Below are positions 36,483-51,563 of a stretch of 64,000 nt of DNA, one piece after another. The notes beneath the pieces were generated by a model. That model saw only the letters and a program-made list of their open reading frames with translations, did not search any database and had not been told where the DNA came from. This stretch comes from Owenia fusiformis (taxonomy: Eukaryota). Within the stretch, counting starts at the first letter, position 1; each line of letters begins with the position of its first letter. The stretch covers positions 48,112,001 to 48,176,000 of the forward strand of contig CAIIXF020000001.1 of assembly GCA_903813345.2 (NCBI GenBank). The letters are read 5' to 3'. Made by a program: the position numbers and the translations under genes.

Positions 36483-39244
36483 ATCAGTCTATTAAATATT
36501 CTGAATTTGATTAAATGCCTTGCCACTTACGTAATATAAGAAAGGAAGAGGAAGCCCATGGAATATCATGCACATACATGCTTATCAGACTCTAAACATG
36601 AGAGAAATCATAATTCCAAAACATGTGATATTTAACATCTATAAGGCTTCATGTTAAGAGTCAGCAATGGAGACTGTACTGAGTCAGAACTGATAATATA
36701 CCTAGCCAAAAACAACCAACTCTGGTCAAACTTTCCATATTATGTTCTCATTATCTGAAACATCAAACTCCCCTCAAAAAAAATCTACAACTAATAATTA
36801 AGACAATTGGTCTTAATTCTTTTATGATCTATCCTTGCTAACTATTCATGTAGGTACACTATATAGCAAGTAAACCGCTGATCACTGTATCATTAGTATT
36901 TTACTCCAAGGATGATAGCATATGTAATCTTATCCAGAGGAAAACATTGCTGTGAGGCTTATTTTGAAACATAAACCATTGGTATCTAGAATAGACAAAT
37001 GTCAATGATTACTGTATGGTCAGGGATAATAACAAGTGTATCTACCACCAAAAGCAAGCAAGCCACAAGTCAGTTGCTATCATCCACAATCCTAATCTAC
37101 TGGTGAAACTTTACAAATACCTGCAAAAGCATATAGTGATTCCATCATAGTAAATGACAACGATGATGAATCTACTGGTGAAACTGAACCTTTTGACCAA
37201 GTGATGCTTATGTGATAGAAATAAATAACTTCATGAAGAAATATTTCTCATGTCTTCACATGAAGATTAAATCATCAAATCAAACCTCTCTGACATCATA
37301 CACAATTTATTTACTAGTTCTACATCAGAAGATCCACTGATACAGCAATGCATTAAATTATATCCTTAATTTGATAATTTCCAGTATTTAATTATACGAT
37401 CAACAGTTTTCATGCCTTATAACTGACATGGTTTTTAAAAATATATTTCTATTTTTCTAATGTTGCCCTTAGTATATTTTTACTTTAAAAATCTGTTCGC
37501 TTATTATATTTTTTCTCTGTTTCAAATACTTATCCACAATGCCAATGCACAGTCTAAGACAAGGTCTCAACGAGTATTATAAGTCTGTAAGTTTATATTG
37601 AATGGAGTAGAACAGAATCTTAATTGCATTAATATTTACGAAACCAAATATCAAGGAAATGACTTTGAAACCAGAAGATTGAGTGGCATTACTGTTTATA
37701 TAAAGCGTTGTGTATCAAAATACGCCAAAGATTTGAGTATAGGGTATATTGACCACTTAACAACAAAACAACCACTAAAAATTCGGGTATAGGGTATACT
37801 GACCACTTAAGCAACCACTAATGCATGTATTCTAAATATATAAATTGGGGTCCTTTCCTACCATACTCATCCCAATACATAACAATGTATACATATTGTC
37901 ATGTGATCAAATACCTCCAATCAGCATTGAGAATAAAAGAAAGTGGTCTGAAATATCATGGGACTGAAGATAATCAGCGGTACAAATAGAATAATACATG
38001 ACCTCCTTCATAAATATTTGTTGACTCAGATTACTTTATCAATTAATTCTACTCATTGCGGAAATAAACAAAGAATTGGTCAGTTTTAATTCCAAGTCTA
38101 ACCCCTGCCTTTATATAAAAATCATTAAAAAAGATCTCATTCTATTTTTTTATATGTTTCTGTCTAGCATATTTGTTATTTATTTATTTCAAATGAATTT
38201 CATATCTATAGGATTTTTAAGAATAAAAGTAGAAATATTTTTGATTGTATATTACAGGCAACAGGAGAACAACCAGGAATCAGAAAATATTGAATCCATG
38301 TTGTATCCTTGTCCCCTAATTGGATGCATATTTAGAGATAAAACAACTGCATTGCACCTAAATAACTTATCCTCTACCCCATTCCTATCCCCCCCCCCAA
38401 CTATCTAGTTAACCACAATGCATGGGAGGGACAATACAGGGGTTTAATGGCTTGATGGACTATTGAAGTAAAACGACATACTTTTTATTCGGCAATAATA
38501 TTTTAAACTAGATGGCTGGGAAATCCAAGATGGTTGAAAAGGGAATAGAACAAACATTTGTAAAGCTATCAGCAGTGATGAATCAGCCATGGAATTCAAC
38601 TTTGGGTTTGTTTATATACAGAACCATGTAATTGTGTTACATAAAGACCATCAAGTGCAAAACTTATCAGAAGTCGGTAAGTGAAATATAGAGGTGTATT
38701 TCAAAACATTCTCATAGAAAATATTTCACAATTTTTTTGAGAAAAACATATTTTGAGAAATATTTTATTGTATGATTTAGAGCCTTATGCCCAATGTTTT
38801 TCTTACTCATTTTCGAGATTTTTTGAAGATAAGTGTAAGATACCTTGAATTTACACTGAGATGGGTGAATAATGTATGTTGTAAATCCTCAATGTAAATG
38901 CACATGATGACTTCTTCCTTTGGAATGCCAACTCGCCATCAAAGCATTGGAATTACCAGAACAACCCAGAAAACAGAACACTGCGTACTAACTAATAATC
39001 ATAAAAAACATAAACCTACAAATGTGTACCAGTCATTAATTCAGACAGCTTTAAAACCCACCTAAAACCGAAACACCCTTATCTCCTTCTACTTGTCTGA
39101 GGGTACAGTGTATTTTAGTAGGTAATACCTTCACTGATCAAAATGATCCCCTTTCATTTCTACTTTCTTTCCAGTTTCTTTTCCAAAAGACATAAAAAAT
39201 ATCATTTTCAAGTATAAAGTATAAATTTCTTATTCTGAACTTAC

Positions 39245-39313
39245 CCGCTTGTTGTTATTATTATTTTTGGGTGAAGGAGGTGGTCCTAATCTTATAATAC
39301 ATGTATCATGCAT
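39245..39313 (-). CDS. Candidate FAK alternative first coding exon (MHDTCIIRLGPPPSPKNNNNNKR)
   Basis: ATG to CGG|gtaagt, phase 0. Confidence 0.5.
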
Positions 39314-42300
39314 TGTACAATGTTTTGTTTATTACTGTATAATATCCTTTTGAAGATGTTGCTGATAATGATAATACTCCAAGAATGTAAGTTCCTCACA
39401 ATAATACAAATAACACATGTAGCGAATCCATGGTTGGTAGCATCTTTATTGAGACATAATAAAATCCTGAGTAGCTAGAAAACCTCTTTGTAGGTCTGTG
39501 GCATTCTGATATCTATATCCATAATCCAATACAATCTACAAGTCAAGTCAACTCAGCCAACTCCCACAGTTCCACTTGATACAAGATTCTGCTTACTTTA
39601 AGAGGAAGCGATTTATAAAAGTTGACCTCTTGAATTTGTAACTTTATCTTGTAATCCTGGTTGAATCCTTGCCAGTAATTTCAAATCTAGTCTTTGTGAT
39701 TTCACCCTTTGTCTTGAAAATTATACGTTAAGAACCAGATTTTCTTGGAGATCTGTAGAATGTACAGTGTAAATAACATACCTTTTCAGTATATCTCTTA
39801 CATTTCGATTGTATTTTGTACAAAATTTATTAAAGCATAAAACATTTTCAGGTGGAATGTGCTCAAATCCGGAACCTGGAGGTTTCATATCACATTTTGT
39901 CTCAAGGCAACTGATCAACCCTCTCACCATCTTCAAATCATGCATATTCTCAAAAGTACTCAAAACAAGAGAAATTATCAAGGAGTATGTATTAATAGAA
40001 TTACTACTTAATATATAACCATATAACATGTAAGGGGTTCTATGGTTGTCTTCAACTTTAAAAATTTGAAATTTAATCACTAGGGATGAACTTTTTAAGA
40101 AGATTTATCAAAGGATGGCTCATGTATCCATATATCCCATCTTATACATACATCTGATTGGTTGAATTTTATAGTCATGTGATACTAAAACAAAATAAAT
40201 TTATCCCTAAATTCGAATAAATGAATATAGAATAGAACATTTTGCTTAAAATGTCAAAAAACTAAAGTGATACTGGGATATCTAAACCTCTAGTCTTTTT
40301 ATAAACTCTGAGATATCAATATCCAGATCTCATAGATTTTTTAACTGTCCTAAAACAGTGCAAGAGTTTGCCAGTATTCCCCAAATGATTTCCCATAGGG
40401 ATATACGATTACTGAACATAGTGAAACAGTTTGTAAAAAACTACGTCAAGATGTCAAACAGGATTTCGCAGATGAGATATTAAATGATAAGTGGGAAGAA
40501 GCTGGATGTTTACGCATCAGGTTGAGAATCAGAAAGACAAGAGCATGAAGATTTGAGGATTGATGAGTTGTATACATGGTATAGTTTTACAATCTCGGTC
40601 TCTGAATCTCCCCTCCCCATTTACTTCGCAAGCAGCTTGTTGAGGAGAGGTGAATGGGGGAAGGGGTTACAAGACTTAAAGCAAGACTACATTATACACA
40701 GACACACTAACCTACACCCTGCTGAGAAACCACAAAACACAAGGGACAATCACTTGAAAAAAGAAAATGAAACATGAACAACATTTACCAAAATATATCC
40801 TCAAAAGACCTGACTAGTGCTAACAAATGTAAAATAAAACAATAGTCAGTTTGATAAAATGAAAGTATAAACATCTATGACTCAAAAATGGATAGGAACA
40901 AATAAACAAAATGATGTGAAGAATTGTGGAAGTGGTCAGTCTAGTCATAATAACAAAGTTGACAAACTCTTTATGAGATTGATAGACTGAAGGTCAACTT
41001 TCAAGAACAATAGAGTAGTTTCTAAATAGCTTTAAAATCTTGCTAAATCTAGTTTTTTCATGAGATTTTTAGAGATTTGGACTTTTAACCTCTAATGACT
41101 TACTTTTCTTTATTTTTGATAGCATATTTGAATTCAGTGACAAGTTTTCTCCATTAATAAGTTTGATTTACGAAGTCATGTCATTTAAATCATTTTCCAT
41201 GACATTTAAAAAAACTTGGGCCAAATCTCCATTGGTGCAATGCTAAGATTCATTAAAACCTTGGCTTATTTGTATGACAACCACTATTTTCATGTTTAAT
41301 CACAATATGTACATTAACAGTATCATCCGATAATATGCCATTCGAGTTTCAGACAGATTCAACAAACACTTTTTGACAAATCATGAAATTAAGTGACTAT
41401 TGCAAGTTTCTAGCATTGAACTGAATGGAGGTGTGGCCCAAGAAAATCAAAGACAAACAAGGGTGACATCTATCATGTCAGCGTTATTCAGCTATTTAGA
41501 AACTATACAATTGCTGTTGGTATTTTCTGATAAGTCCGTATCTTACCATAAAGAAAGTAAACACACATATACTTTGTGTTGTGAAGCTTTTAGATCACCC
41601 ATAAAGTATAAATGGTACTCTGAAGCTCAGATAGTATATGATAACGCAAAATTGAAATATTGAAAAGGGTAAAGGAATCTGCTTTGTCTTCCAATGAGAA
41701 TTGCATTACTGCCTTCTCAAACTTTACCATAACAAGAACAGATGCATACATGGGTCAATCTTTAGTTCCTAAATTGATCTTGGACTGTTTGTTGTTTTAT
41801 GATTAGTGGTTCTGAGGTTATCACAACATAACACAAAGACCTAGGTAGGAATCAACAACAAAGTTTCAGACACATTGATTACAATGATTACTTGTCTCAC
41901 CAAAATGTTTTACATCATGTTGAAGAACAGTATGCTTAGAAAAGTTATGCATATCATTTCTATATGATATTGTGATTAAACACCATAACAACACAATAAG
42001 AATATGTTCAAATGGTGGTTGTAAAGATGGTTTTAACATAATAACAAAGAAGTGACCAGCCCTGAACCTTTTATCAGAGGCCACCAGTTACAGATTGTTT
42101 CCTTTCTGGTGTTTATGGCAAGTGAAAGTGGTCTGTATAATAAACATCTACATGGATCCAGCTGGCTTGGACAAACAACAATGGCTGGCATGATAACCCC
42201 AGCACGATAAAGATATCTACTTTCCTGCGTATGTACTAGCCTCCTTGAGAGATGAGAGGTAGGGGGGGGGGGGTGTCTAACTTCAAAAGATTTTAGAATA

Positions 42301-44202
42301 TAGCGAAAGGAAACAAAACATAAGAAAAATGTGGCATGATAAACCAGCCAAGAATGATATAATGATATAGATGTCTACTTCCACTTTTGTTATAATGAGT
42401 ATGGGATGAAGTCTCTAATTCATTCTCAGAATAAGGAAGGAAGGAAAGAAACACAACAATAATAGTGGCATGATGACCCAGCCATAGTCATTGTTTCAAT
42501 TTACATTAGAATAAAATGACAAATGTTAGGGATGGTGTTCAATATTATAAACAGTTGTAGAAAAACAAAGTGAATTTCAAATGATTTGATCCCCTCCCAG
42601 CTCCCCTCATCTTACAAAATTTTAAAATGTTGATTTGTCTTTTACTTGAACACAATTTGCTAACAAAAACATCATTAACCCCCAAGTGATTTTAGCCATA
42701 TTTGGGCCAAAATTGTCAAATGTGAACCCCCCCTAGAAATTTTTGAAAACTGAACCCCCCCCCTTGGCAAATCTTGGCTACGGGCCTGATGACTAAGCAC
42801 CTCTATCCTGAAACTTATTGTATGTTTATGTTTTTGTTACACTAGCAACTTGCTCTGATATTATTTGTGGAGCTTCTTTTAAAAACTGTAAAAGGATATT
42901 AACAGAGGCATATATAGTGAAATATAAGCTGAAATGAAAGATCTCAAAAGCCTAGACTTTTGGATATCCCATATCCTAAAGTATCCCGCTGGTTTCTCAC
43001 AACTGAGAAGAATCTGATGATCTGGTTTATCATGTTGTGAAAACTTTCAATTTACATAGAAAACCTCTAATTTAGAAACATTCTGAAGACAGGGTGTATA
43101 AAACTACTTCATACTTCATACTGAACACTTATATATTATATTGTGTTTACATTTTACCCCTCCTACACATTTGCTTATGTATATCCACACCACTTGAAAT
43201 GTTGCACCTGGTATATATGTGAATCTTCTAAGGAGAGATAAACATTTGAACTTACTCACCTAACTGATTCTTGCTCGTTAATCAATCACCATTTTCAGTA
43301 CAGTATCTTCCTGATATCATATATAAATTCAGCACAGTATCTTCTTGATATCATATATAAATTCAGGACAGATCTACAAGAGATCTATTTTCTGCAGGAG
43401 CTTACCTAATTAGACTCTGACCTGAAGGGAACCCAAAAATGAAAACAAGAAACAAGAAATTCTCAAAACATGAAAGTAATTGAACCTGTATATGTAAAAG
43501 CCTGTACTGTACAAGAATTCTACCTGCCTATAGCATGTCATGCACGCAATAAGCACATTCCGCCTTGTAAACCATCATTACTCAAGTGAACTATGATAAT
43601 TAATCTATATTGAGGTATCCTTTCTTCAAATTGATCGTAATCATATGCTTGGGTGTTTCAGGTAGCACTAAATCACTTAATATTAAGTGTTTCAGATGGC
43701 ACTAAATCATGAAGAAAGTTAGGACAGGTTAGAAATAGATAATCTAATCAAATAACCTGAGGAATGATTCTAACATGGTTAATGTCCATCTATCTCCATG
43801 TAGTAAATCCAGGTACCAAAAACAACATTTAAGGTACAAATAATCAGCCAAATATTTGATTCAGCACTTCTGCGTTGACTTTCTGCCTCCATATCACATT
43901 TAAGATATGAGTAACCAATACAACCCCTGTGTCGAGTCTCTGACCCCCCTCCCCATATTTACTTTTACACACTCATCCAATAACTACTGTAGATAGTGAA
44001 GATCAGAAAATGTTATGCAGCTAGATAGGTAGAAAAAGGTGACCGAAAAAAAGGAAAAACAAGGGTTCTGCTTGACAGCGCCATACTACTACTATACTTA
44101 AAGAATATCAACATTAGACTAGACTCCATTAATATATTATTCACTGCTTCCCCTTCAAGTATAAGAAGATCATGTTCACCTTTGACTTAACATAATAATT
44201 AC

Positions 44203-44235
44203 CTCACATATTTCCATAGTCTCCATGGGCTCCAT
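44203..44235 (-). CDS. Candidate FAK alternative first coding exon (MEPMETMEICE)
   Basis: acaATGG Kozak context to GAG|gtaatt, phase 0. Confidence 0.45.
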
Positions 44236-44984
44236 TGTAGCTTCAAATAAAGTATCACTCAATTGGTTATTTCAAAGTTCTGCAGTTCTTCTAAGTACAT
44301 GTATATCCATTTTCATATAAGTATATCGCCATGAAATCCAGAAATTATACAGCATTACAGGCCAACAAGTTGCTCATTAGCGGAGCTTTCATTCACTGTT
44401 TTCTGGTAAAATGATTGTGACCTTACTTCAAAAACTCACAAACCAAAAACATAACTTACAGCACACTATGTAACATATGTTATGCAGAATTCATCCCTGT
44501 CTAATGCTAGTCTTACAAAATTCAGTATGCTTTACGGCTAAATGATAATACATAGTAAAATCAAAGTACAACTTGCAACTACAAAGATTTTGACAGTTCT
44601 CTTGTATATTGACATGTAAAAAACGCAACTGTTCCAGATCTAAGCAATCCAAACCTTCAAATGAAAGTCCAAAAGTCCATTCAACTAATAATATTTCATG
44701 TAACTAGTTAAAGATTAAAACCAAGATTAATATCTAGAGTATATTTTTATAATGATGCATTAGGAAATTGAAATAACAGACACAATTAAGTCAAAATTAA
44801 AGCTCTTTGCATATAAAAGAAAAGGGTTCCTATCTCAAGATTCCCCATTCTACATCAGGTGATCACAAAATAGACTAGAGCCATCTATTCAAATTGAAAA
44901 TTATATTTGTATTATTTCAGCAAAAATTTAATTCTATTCATTTCCTCAGGAGAAACTAAACTGTTGTACCTCACTTCAATAACT

Positions 44985-45323
44985 CAGATGCGAGTAGGTA
45001 GTTACTAGTTTCACTACCAGGTGACTCATTCGGGTCAGATAGCATGGCGGAATAGTAGAAATTTCCCTTTAACTTAAATATTCATCAGTTCTAGTGGTTC
45101 AAATCTTCATATCACCCTTATATATCTAATAGTTATGCAAATTAAAATATGTCAAGTTAAAGAAAATAGTATCTGTCCAATACAAGAAAAAAAAATTTAA
45201 AAAATTAAATTTTCAAAGAACAATTTTCGAAACAATATTTCTAGATGTACTTTTACATGTAGATTTTAAATATGAAATTTGAATATTTAATGTCATAAAT
45301 CAAAATTATTTCTACTTGCATCT
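44985..45323. mobile_element. MITE, same family as 9055-9481
   Basis: CAGATGCGAGTAGGTAGTTAC ... CTACTTGCATCT. Confidence 0.7.
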
Positions 45324-45568
45324 AGTCTATTCTAATGATTTAGTATGTTTTTTCAAGAGCACTTGAAAATTAAACTTGGATTAGAAAAGAGGAGAAAACC
45401 CAAGAGTATAGAGATGACATCTAGTTCAATAGATCTATAGTAGATGACCCTAATTTTGATTGGTCTATGACTGAGGTCAATATCATTATAGCTGATTATG
45501 AGTTGAACTATGAAGTATGACTTATCTCCTCATCTTCATTGGAACAAACTCCTGGGATCATTCCCTTA

Positions 45569-45688
45569 CAGGCCCGTAGCCAGGGAGGGGGTTCGCAGGG
45601 TTCAGGCGAACCCCCCCCCCCTGGCAAAAAATTCTTTCAAAATTTTAAAATTTGAACCCCCCCTTGGCAAATCCTGACTACGGGCCTG
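45569..45688. mobile_element. CAGGCCCGTAGCCAGG-TIR MITE with a 5-bp TSD
   Basis: CCTTA|CAGGCCCGTAGCCAGG ... CCTGACTACGGGCCTG|CCTTA; another right-end fragment ends at about 42788. Confidence 0.8.
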
Positions 45689-45990
45689 CCTTATGACCTC
45701 ACCTCACTGGTCTATCTCAAAGGTAGTCTGCCAGTAATATGGTGATTAAAAGTTGGGGAGAGACCAGAGACTTGATGCAAGACTTCCTCTGTACTGCCCC
45801 AACTTCATTTTCCCACTAACACAGATGGGGAAATAGATAATAGGGGTGGACTTAAGTTTTCCTGATTTTTACAAAAAATAACCACTTTTGCCTTTGACAA
45901 TGCAACCGTTGAATGCTGAGTGGGGGAGGGCAGATTTGATTCATGATTTTGTTCGACTAATAATTACAAAAACCATAGATTTCTACATAC

Positions 45991-46050
45991 CTGATAAGAA
46001 TTCTGGTTATTCTTTGTGCAAGATACACAGGAAAACCCAGATGCGAACAT
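45991..46050 (-). CDS. Candidate FAK alternative first coding exon (MFASGFSCVSCTKNNQNSYQ)
   Basis: aagATG to CAG|gtatgt, phase 0. Confidence 0.5.
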
Positions 46051-49000
46051 CTTATCTCTGACACCCAGTTCCTTTTCTGCTATTATTTCCTTCTTGAAAC
46101 TATTGTTTTATAAGTGCCCACCAACATAAACTATCCATTTTATCTCCTATAGTTCTGTCAATTGTTCATAATGTTGTTATATAACGAGATCAATCTTCAG
46201 ATTTCCTGTAGTATACAACACTGCTTGATGCTGTTATTGTAAATCTATCCTTTCCTTATACAATATTTGCAGCGACGTGATAATCAGATGATACCATTGT
46301 AATATGATACTTCATTGTATATGGCATAATTTTCATATGATAAAAAGTTATTCCAACCCATATGATCCTCGGTCCTATGGCTTAACTATCAAGGCTTCAA
46401 ATAATTTTCATAATGTGGTCTTGGAATATGTAAAAACATTTTCTATGTAAAACTGTCTATAAACAAAGAAAATAATATGTCCTTAAATGAAACAAAATTA
46501 TTAAAATCTTACTAATCAGTGCCACTTATATGTAAATTGATATATTCCATCATTTTCCATTATTGGCAGCCTAAGTTTGTTCTATTCAAGTCTGGGTTAC
46601 CAGGCCTGTTGTCCGATATATATATTTGAAAAATAACTCCCATTCAAGCACTTTTTAAGATTATGAATAAATATGTCATTCTCTCCATGATGTCTGTAAT
46701 CATCTTATTTAATCATCTTATTCTTAATCATCTTATTCTTAATCATCTTATTCATATATAAGCTCATCAGATTATATTATATTATTTATGGTTTGCAATC
46801 ATCTGAACATAATATTCCAAAAACCTTTGTAACATCTATAATTAGACAGTCATCAATGTTTGACATATCTGCTATATCCATCCATGTCATCTTTCACAAA
46901 ATGTATATTTGATAATACGAAAATGTTTACTTCTAGAAGTGCCAGTCAATGAATGTGATTTATGTCAATACAGTCAGCTGAAGCTGATATTAAAATATAC
47001 AAATGGTGAAATAATGTGTCAAGTGCTCTCTTGCTTTGTTGTCTCTTCTACAATCCCTTTAGAAATTGCCAATTGCCAGTCAATGAAGGCAACCTTTTAT
47101 TAGTCAATTATTCTTACTCTTGTGCAGTAATCTTGCTTTGTTATCCCATTGTCATTATGTTTTAATTATTCCGTGTGTGAAGATACCTGATCAGCGCAGA
47201 TCAATAATCCATTGTCAGCTCTCTCCATCTCTTCAAAAGTGTTTCAAACATTTTTCATATGCTTTAATAATATCACACGCTGATATCTCTAATTATGAAT
47301 CCATATGTCACTATCAGTATAAATTTTGATGAATCAGCGATATGCCAATCCCATTGTGATGAAATTGAGTTTTTATATCAAATGGAAAATTAACCGATTA
47401 TTGCACATATCCATAAATTTTACTGCTTATATTTATTTAAGCCGCTCGAATGTTAAGATGACTGTGTTATCAAGTGCAGATCCATTTATCATTGTTGAAA
47501 TTTTTATTTCTACACTTGCATAGTTGATTATATCCGGGATGTAGTTCTAAACATTGAGTGTTCATCCATTGTTCTATCAATTAATAAATTAAAACCATGC
47601 ACCTAATGATGCACTTAATTGCACAGTGGCATTTTACTGTGACCGAGGTAAAAAGTTCACACTTCGTAAATATTTTGCCATCGTAGAAAATCTAGATTCA
47701 TATATGTGAACCCATTAGGTATGGTATATACTGACATAGTATCCATCTCAGGATATATTGTGTTTTACTGCATATCATATAATGAAAATGTTTACATTCT
47801 GTTCAGGTATACAGTACATCCTTATACTGTCACAACCTACATATGCAATTTCTTCAACAGAATTCTAACTAGTAAATGCCTGTCAACAAATGTTTTAAAT
47901 GAATCATCTGGAGCCTAGTAATCATTCATTGATTTTGCATCTTTTTTCCATCGTTTCAACACTTGTCAATTGTGGAATCATTCTTTGTTTGCATTAATGT
48001 AAAAGAAGTATGTTTTTACAGGTAATTAATTCAATGGTGGTCCTGTTATGAATATTTTATTGTGTTTATCTACACGCAACTGATCCCGGATTATTTTGCG
48101 AAGCTTGCAACTTCATAATTGCACAACTAACTATTCCAGTGTGTTTTACCTGCCTTTACCACTAATGCATTTCCTATGCCGTGTTCAATACTATTGTATA
48201 GCAGTCTGGCTTAATGAGAAAAAATCCATAAAAATCTCCAGGAATATGAGCAATACTATTACTGAACATGATTTGCTACTCATTCCATAGGAATTAAAAT
48301 TGAATGCAATCATACAAATGTGCATGTCTGGGTTCTTCTGTTGTGAGAACAAAATTTTGAATGAAGAGGAACATCTGGTGCTTGCTAAACCACAATAATC
48401 CTTTATTTTATACAATTTATTCTGCTTGAATAGATACAAGGCTAGACACCAATGGTTGCAAAACTCAATGAAATCACATTAATTTTCCTATGTATGTGTA
48501 ACTGCAATTTTGATTGAAAATTAACACTATTAGAAACACAATATCATTTGATTCATTAGAATACATCTTGTTACACACTTTACTGGGCAATCAGGAACAG
48601 GTTTGATAAATATTTAGCATATTTGTACCCTGAACTCCTATAATACTACATGTACCCTCTTATTAGAACAGACAATTTGACCATTGGTAAAATGCTGGTA
48701 AAATCTTTATGATCTTAAAGCAAAATTTCATTGCATTATATGGGAGTATAAATCAGAATTGAATGTTATAATGGTATAAGCTGCTTATATACTGTAATAA
48801 ATTGAATCATCTCTCAATAAAAGAGTATAGATTGATTAAAAATCTTGCAAAGAGTATCTGCCTACTTGGTTCATTATCTCAAGATAATCATATTGCAATA
48901 GTATAATACTGTGATTATCATGAAACTTTCATGACCCCATATGCCCCTCCTTACTCACATGCTACCCTTCTCGGATCCCTTACTAGAAATGTTAATTTAT

Positions 49001-49413
49001 CTATACATGATATCAAATATTGATTGCTTCTTTTCAAAAGAGAAAGGACTGAGAGAATGTAGCTACTGAAGTTCAAAAGAAAACCATTCTTTAAGAATAT
49101 ATATAATGTTACTGAAAATCCTTTCCGACAACAAACAATGTTGACTTCTTATTCTCATTTTTGGTAGTTCATATTACTGCATTGTTCAAATTATCAATAT
49201 TCTATTTAAAATCGAAATACTAAGTTCCTAAAGTTTCGTCTTCCAAGCACATGTTTATTATGACGAACAACAAATCTTGTGAACATCAGCCAGAATCAAT
49301 AAGCGCACGTGTCTTCATTATTGTACCAACCCCCACAGTAGTCTGTATCTCGAGGCTAAAATTGATCATGAAAAAGTCAAGTTGACTTTGGAATCGTTAT
49401 TAAATAAACTCAC

Positions 49414-49440
49414 TTCACTGAGAATTATAAACCCTTCCAT
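49414..49440 (-). CDS. Candidate FAK alternative first coding exon (MEGFIILSE)
   Basis: ATG to GAA|gtgagt, phase 0. Confidence 0.4.
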
Positions 49441-51156
49441 AAAAGCTATGCTGAACTATCTAATAAATCTATGAAGAAAAATGAGGAATTATACGGTTGT
49501 GGTTGAAAGGCAGGAATTCCCATCTCATGAACTATTTATTATACTAGTAGGACTTCTAATTTAAAGAGATGGAAAAACAATAGGGAAACTATTCCAAAAT
49601 ACAATCTATTTATTATGCTCTGTGGAAATTACCTAATTTACATAATTGCATCAAATTAGCACTTCTTAGGGTGACTTCTGTTCATTATGAATTCAATGTT
49701 AATGAATTTAGTAATGACACATTTTAATCCGAAACACACACCAATTCCCTAAGCACTGAGTGACAAAGAACACACCCTTGTAACAACCTCATAATATAAT
49801 TTTATACAACCAAATGTTCAGATAAAAATCAGATAAAAATATTAACTTTGAATATCGAAGCTTAATAAAAATGTCTCGATTCTGATTTCAATGGAAATTC
49901 AAAGAAGAAAATGCATAAAATCTTTAACATTGTAAAAAATACATGCGCTATGCAAGACTGGCAATTCTAATGTAACATATGCAAAATGGACACATAGATT
50001 AATCTAGTAACATCACATAATTCTGATTGATCGTTTGTCTTATATTACCATCAATAATCTGGAGTATAGATGTCTTAATGACCCCAAAGGAATACATACT
50101 ATACACAGACTTGATTATTGCTTTCTAACAGTAATTAAAGAAGTTGTAATTAAAGTCAAATAATGAATGTATTATAAGATACACCTGGGTCCTTGGGACC
50201 CACATTGAAGTGTTAATGCTTTTAATACACAATTTAAAAATAGTCTTGTTACTAGGAATTAACAGAAAAAATTAGGTACACTGAAAAATGTCAACCCATC
50301 CAAAGAAACATCATTAAAAGAACAAATCTCACTAACTAGAAACTGATCAGCAAATCGGTAATACTAAACTACCAAACCCTTATATTATTTTTGAGACAAA
50401 AACTCTACATATACTGCAAAGGGTAAATTTCTCTCTCCAGATAATACTAAATTCCCATTAGCCAAATTGAAAAATGGATAACCCCACATGAGATCAACCA
50501 AGCTCACATTCTATTACTATGACAACACCAGACCTAACAGGTATTAATGAACCCAATGAGAGACAAAGGATTCTTTATCAAGCATTGAGAGAGTCGCACT
50601 TTTCGTTTAATTGAAGTTATTACAGATGTGCCAGAAATCCTATTTAATTAAAATCCAATAAATAGACATAATTTTCATGTTGCTATTCGCACATTTCTCA
50701 AACGAGACAAGAGCAGACTTAAATGATAGATGATGTCGATATCTTAAACAAAAGCTGGGAAATAAATTATTGATAGGCACAAAAAATCAAATGAAAATGT
50801 GATATTTTCCAAAATAAATTGATTAATAGATTTTGAAATGCTTTGTTCTATTTTGTCTTTTGTTTGAAAGTATGAAATGACACGTTTGCATCATGTATTT
50901 TTATTTCGTAATTATCATTAACAAAGGGAAGATATTGTATTACATAGAAAATCAAAGACTTTTATCTGCTAGAATAAGTTACTATTGAAGACAACACAAT
51001 CTTGACATAAAAGATACTGCTGTCATTTAATAGCTGATTCCGTCAAAAAGATTATTTGATGAGTTTTATAAATGTAATTTCTGAGACACAAAAGCAGAGT
51101 TGTTCTTCAGTAATTAATAGGAAAAATGTATTATTCCATAGTTAGCATGATATTCA

Positions 51157-51563
51157 TAGGATAACATGTGAAAATAAAAACGGTATTTTTGTGATCAGTG
51201 GTAAAATATGATATTTTTGACAAATTTTCACTTAACCATAGCATACGGTTTTTTAGCCATGACATACGACGTCGTATGCGATGGTTTATGGATTTTTGCT
51301 ACTTCAGACTCAAAACGAGGCTAAGTGTCAACATCGCCGGATCGTTTGGAAAATTCGAATTAAATGACTTAATTTCCGACGATTCTGATGATGACTTTAA
51401 CTATGGAATAAAAAGAACATCCTATGATTTACTCGTGATATGATTTTAATCCACTCATGGTTATTGATATCTGCACTCTCTCGCTACGCTCGCTCGTGCA
51501 GATATCATATCCATTCGTGGATAAAAATCATATCACTCATAAATCATAGGATATCCTCTATAT
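51157..51563. repeat. Unclassified interspersed non-autonomous element
   Basis: CpG-rich block with short palindromes (CATACGACGTCGTATG), the motif CTCGCTACGCTCGCTCG and a GGATATCCTCTATATA end. Confidence 0.4.

Noticed and set aside
39721..40080. 119-aa minus-strand ORF as a gene or FAK first exon
   Set aside because: No recognisable domain; its best donor (AG|gtatgt at 39781) is phase 2 and incompatible with the phase-0 acceptor at 23581.
46100..48450. Possible decayed transposon or pseudogene
   Set aside because: Several short ORFs but no identifiable motif in any frame I read.
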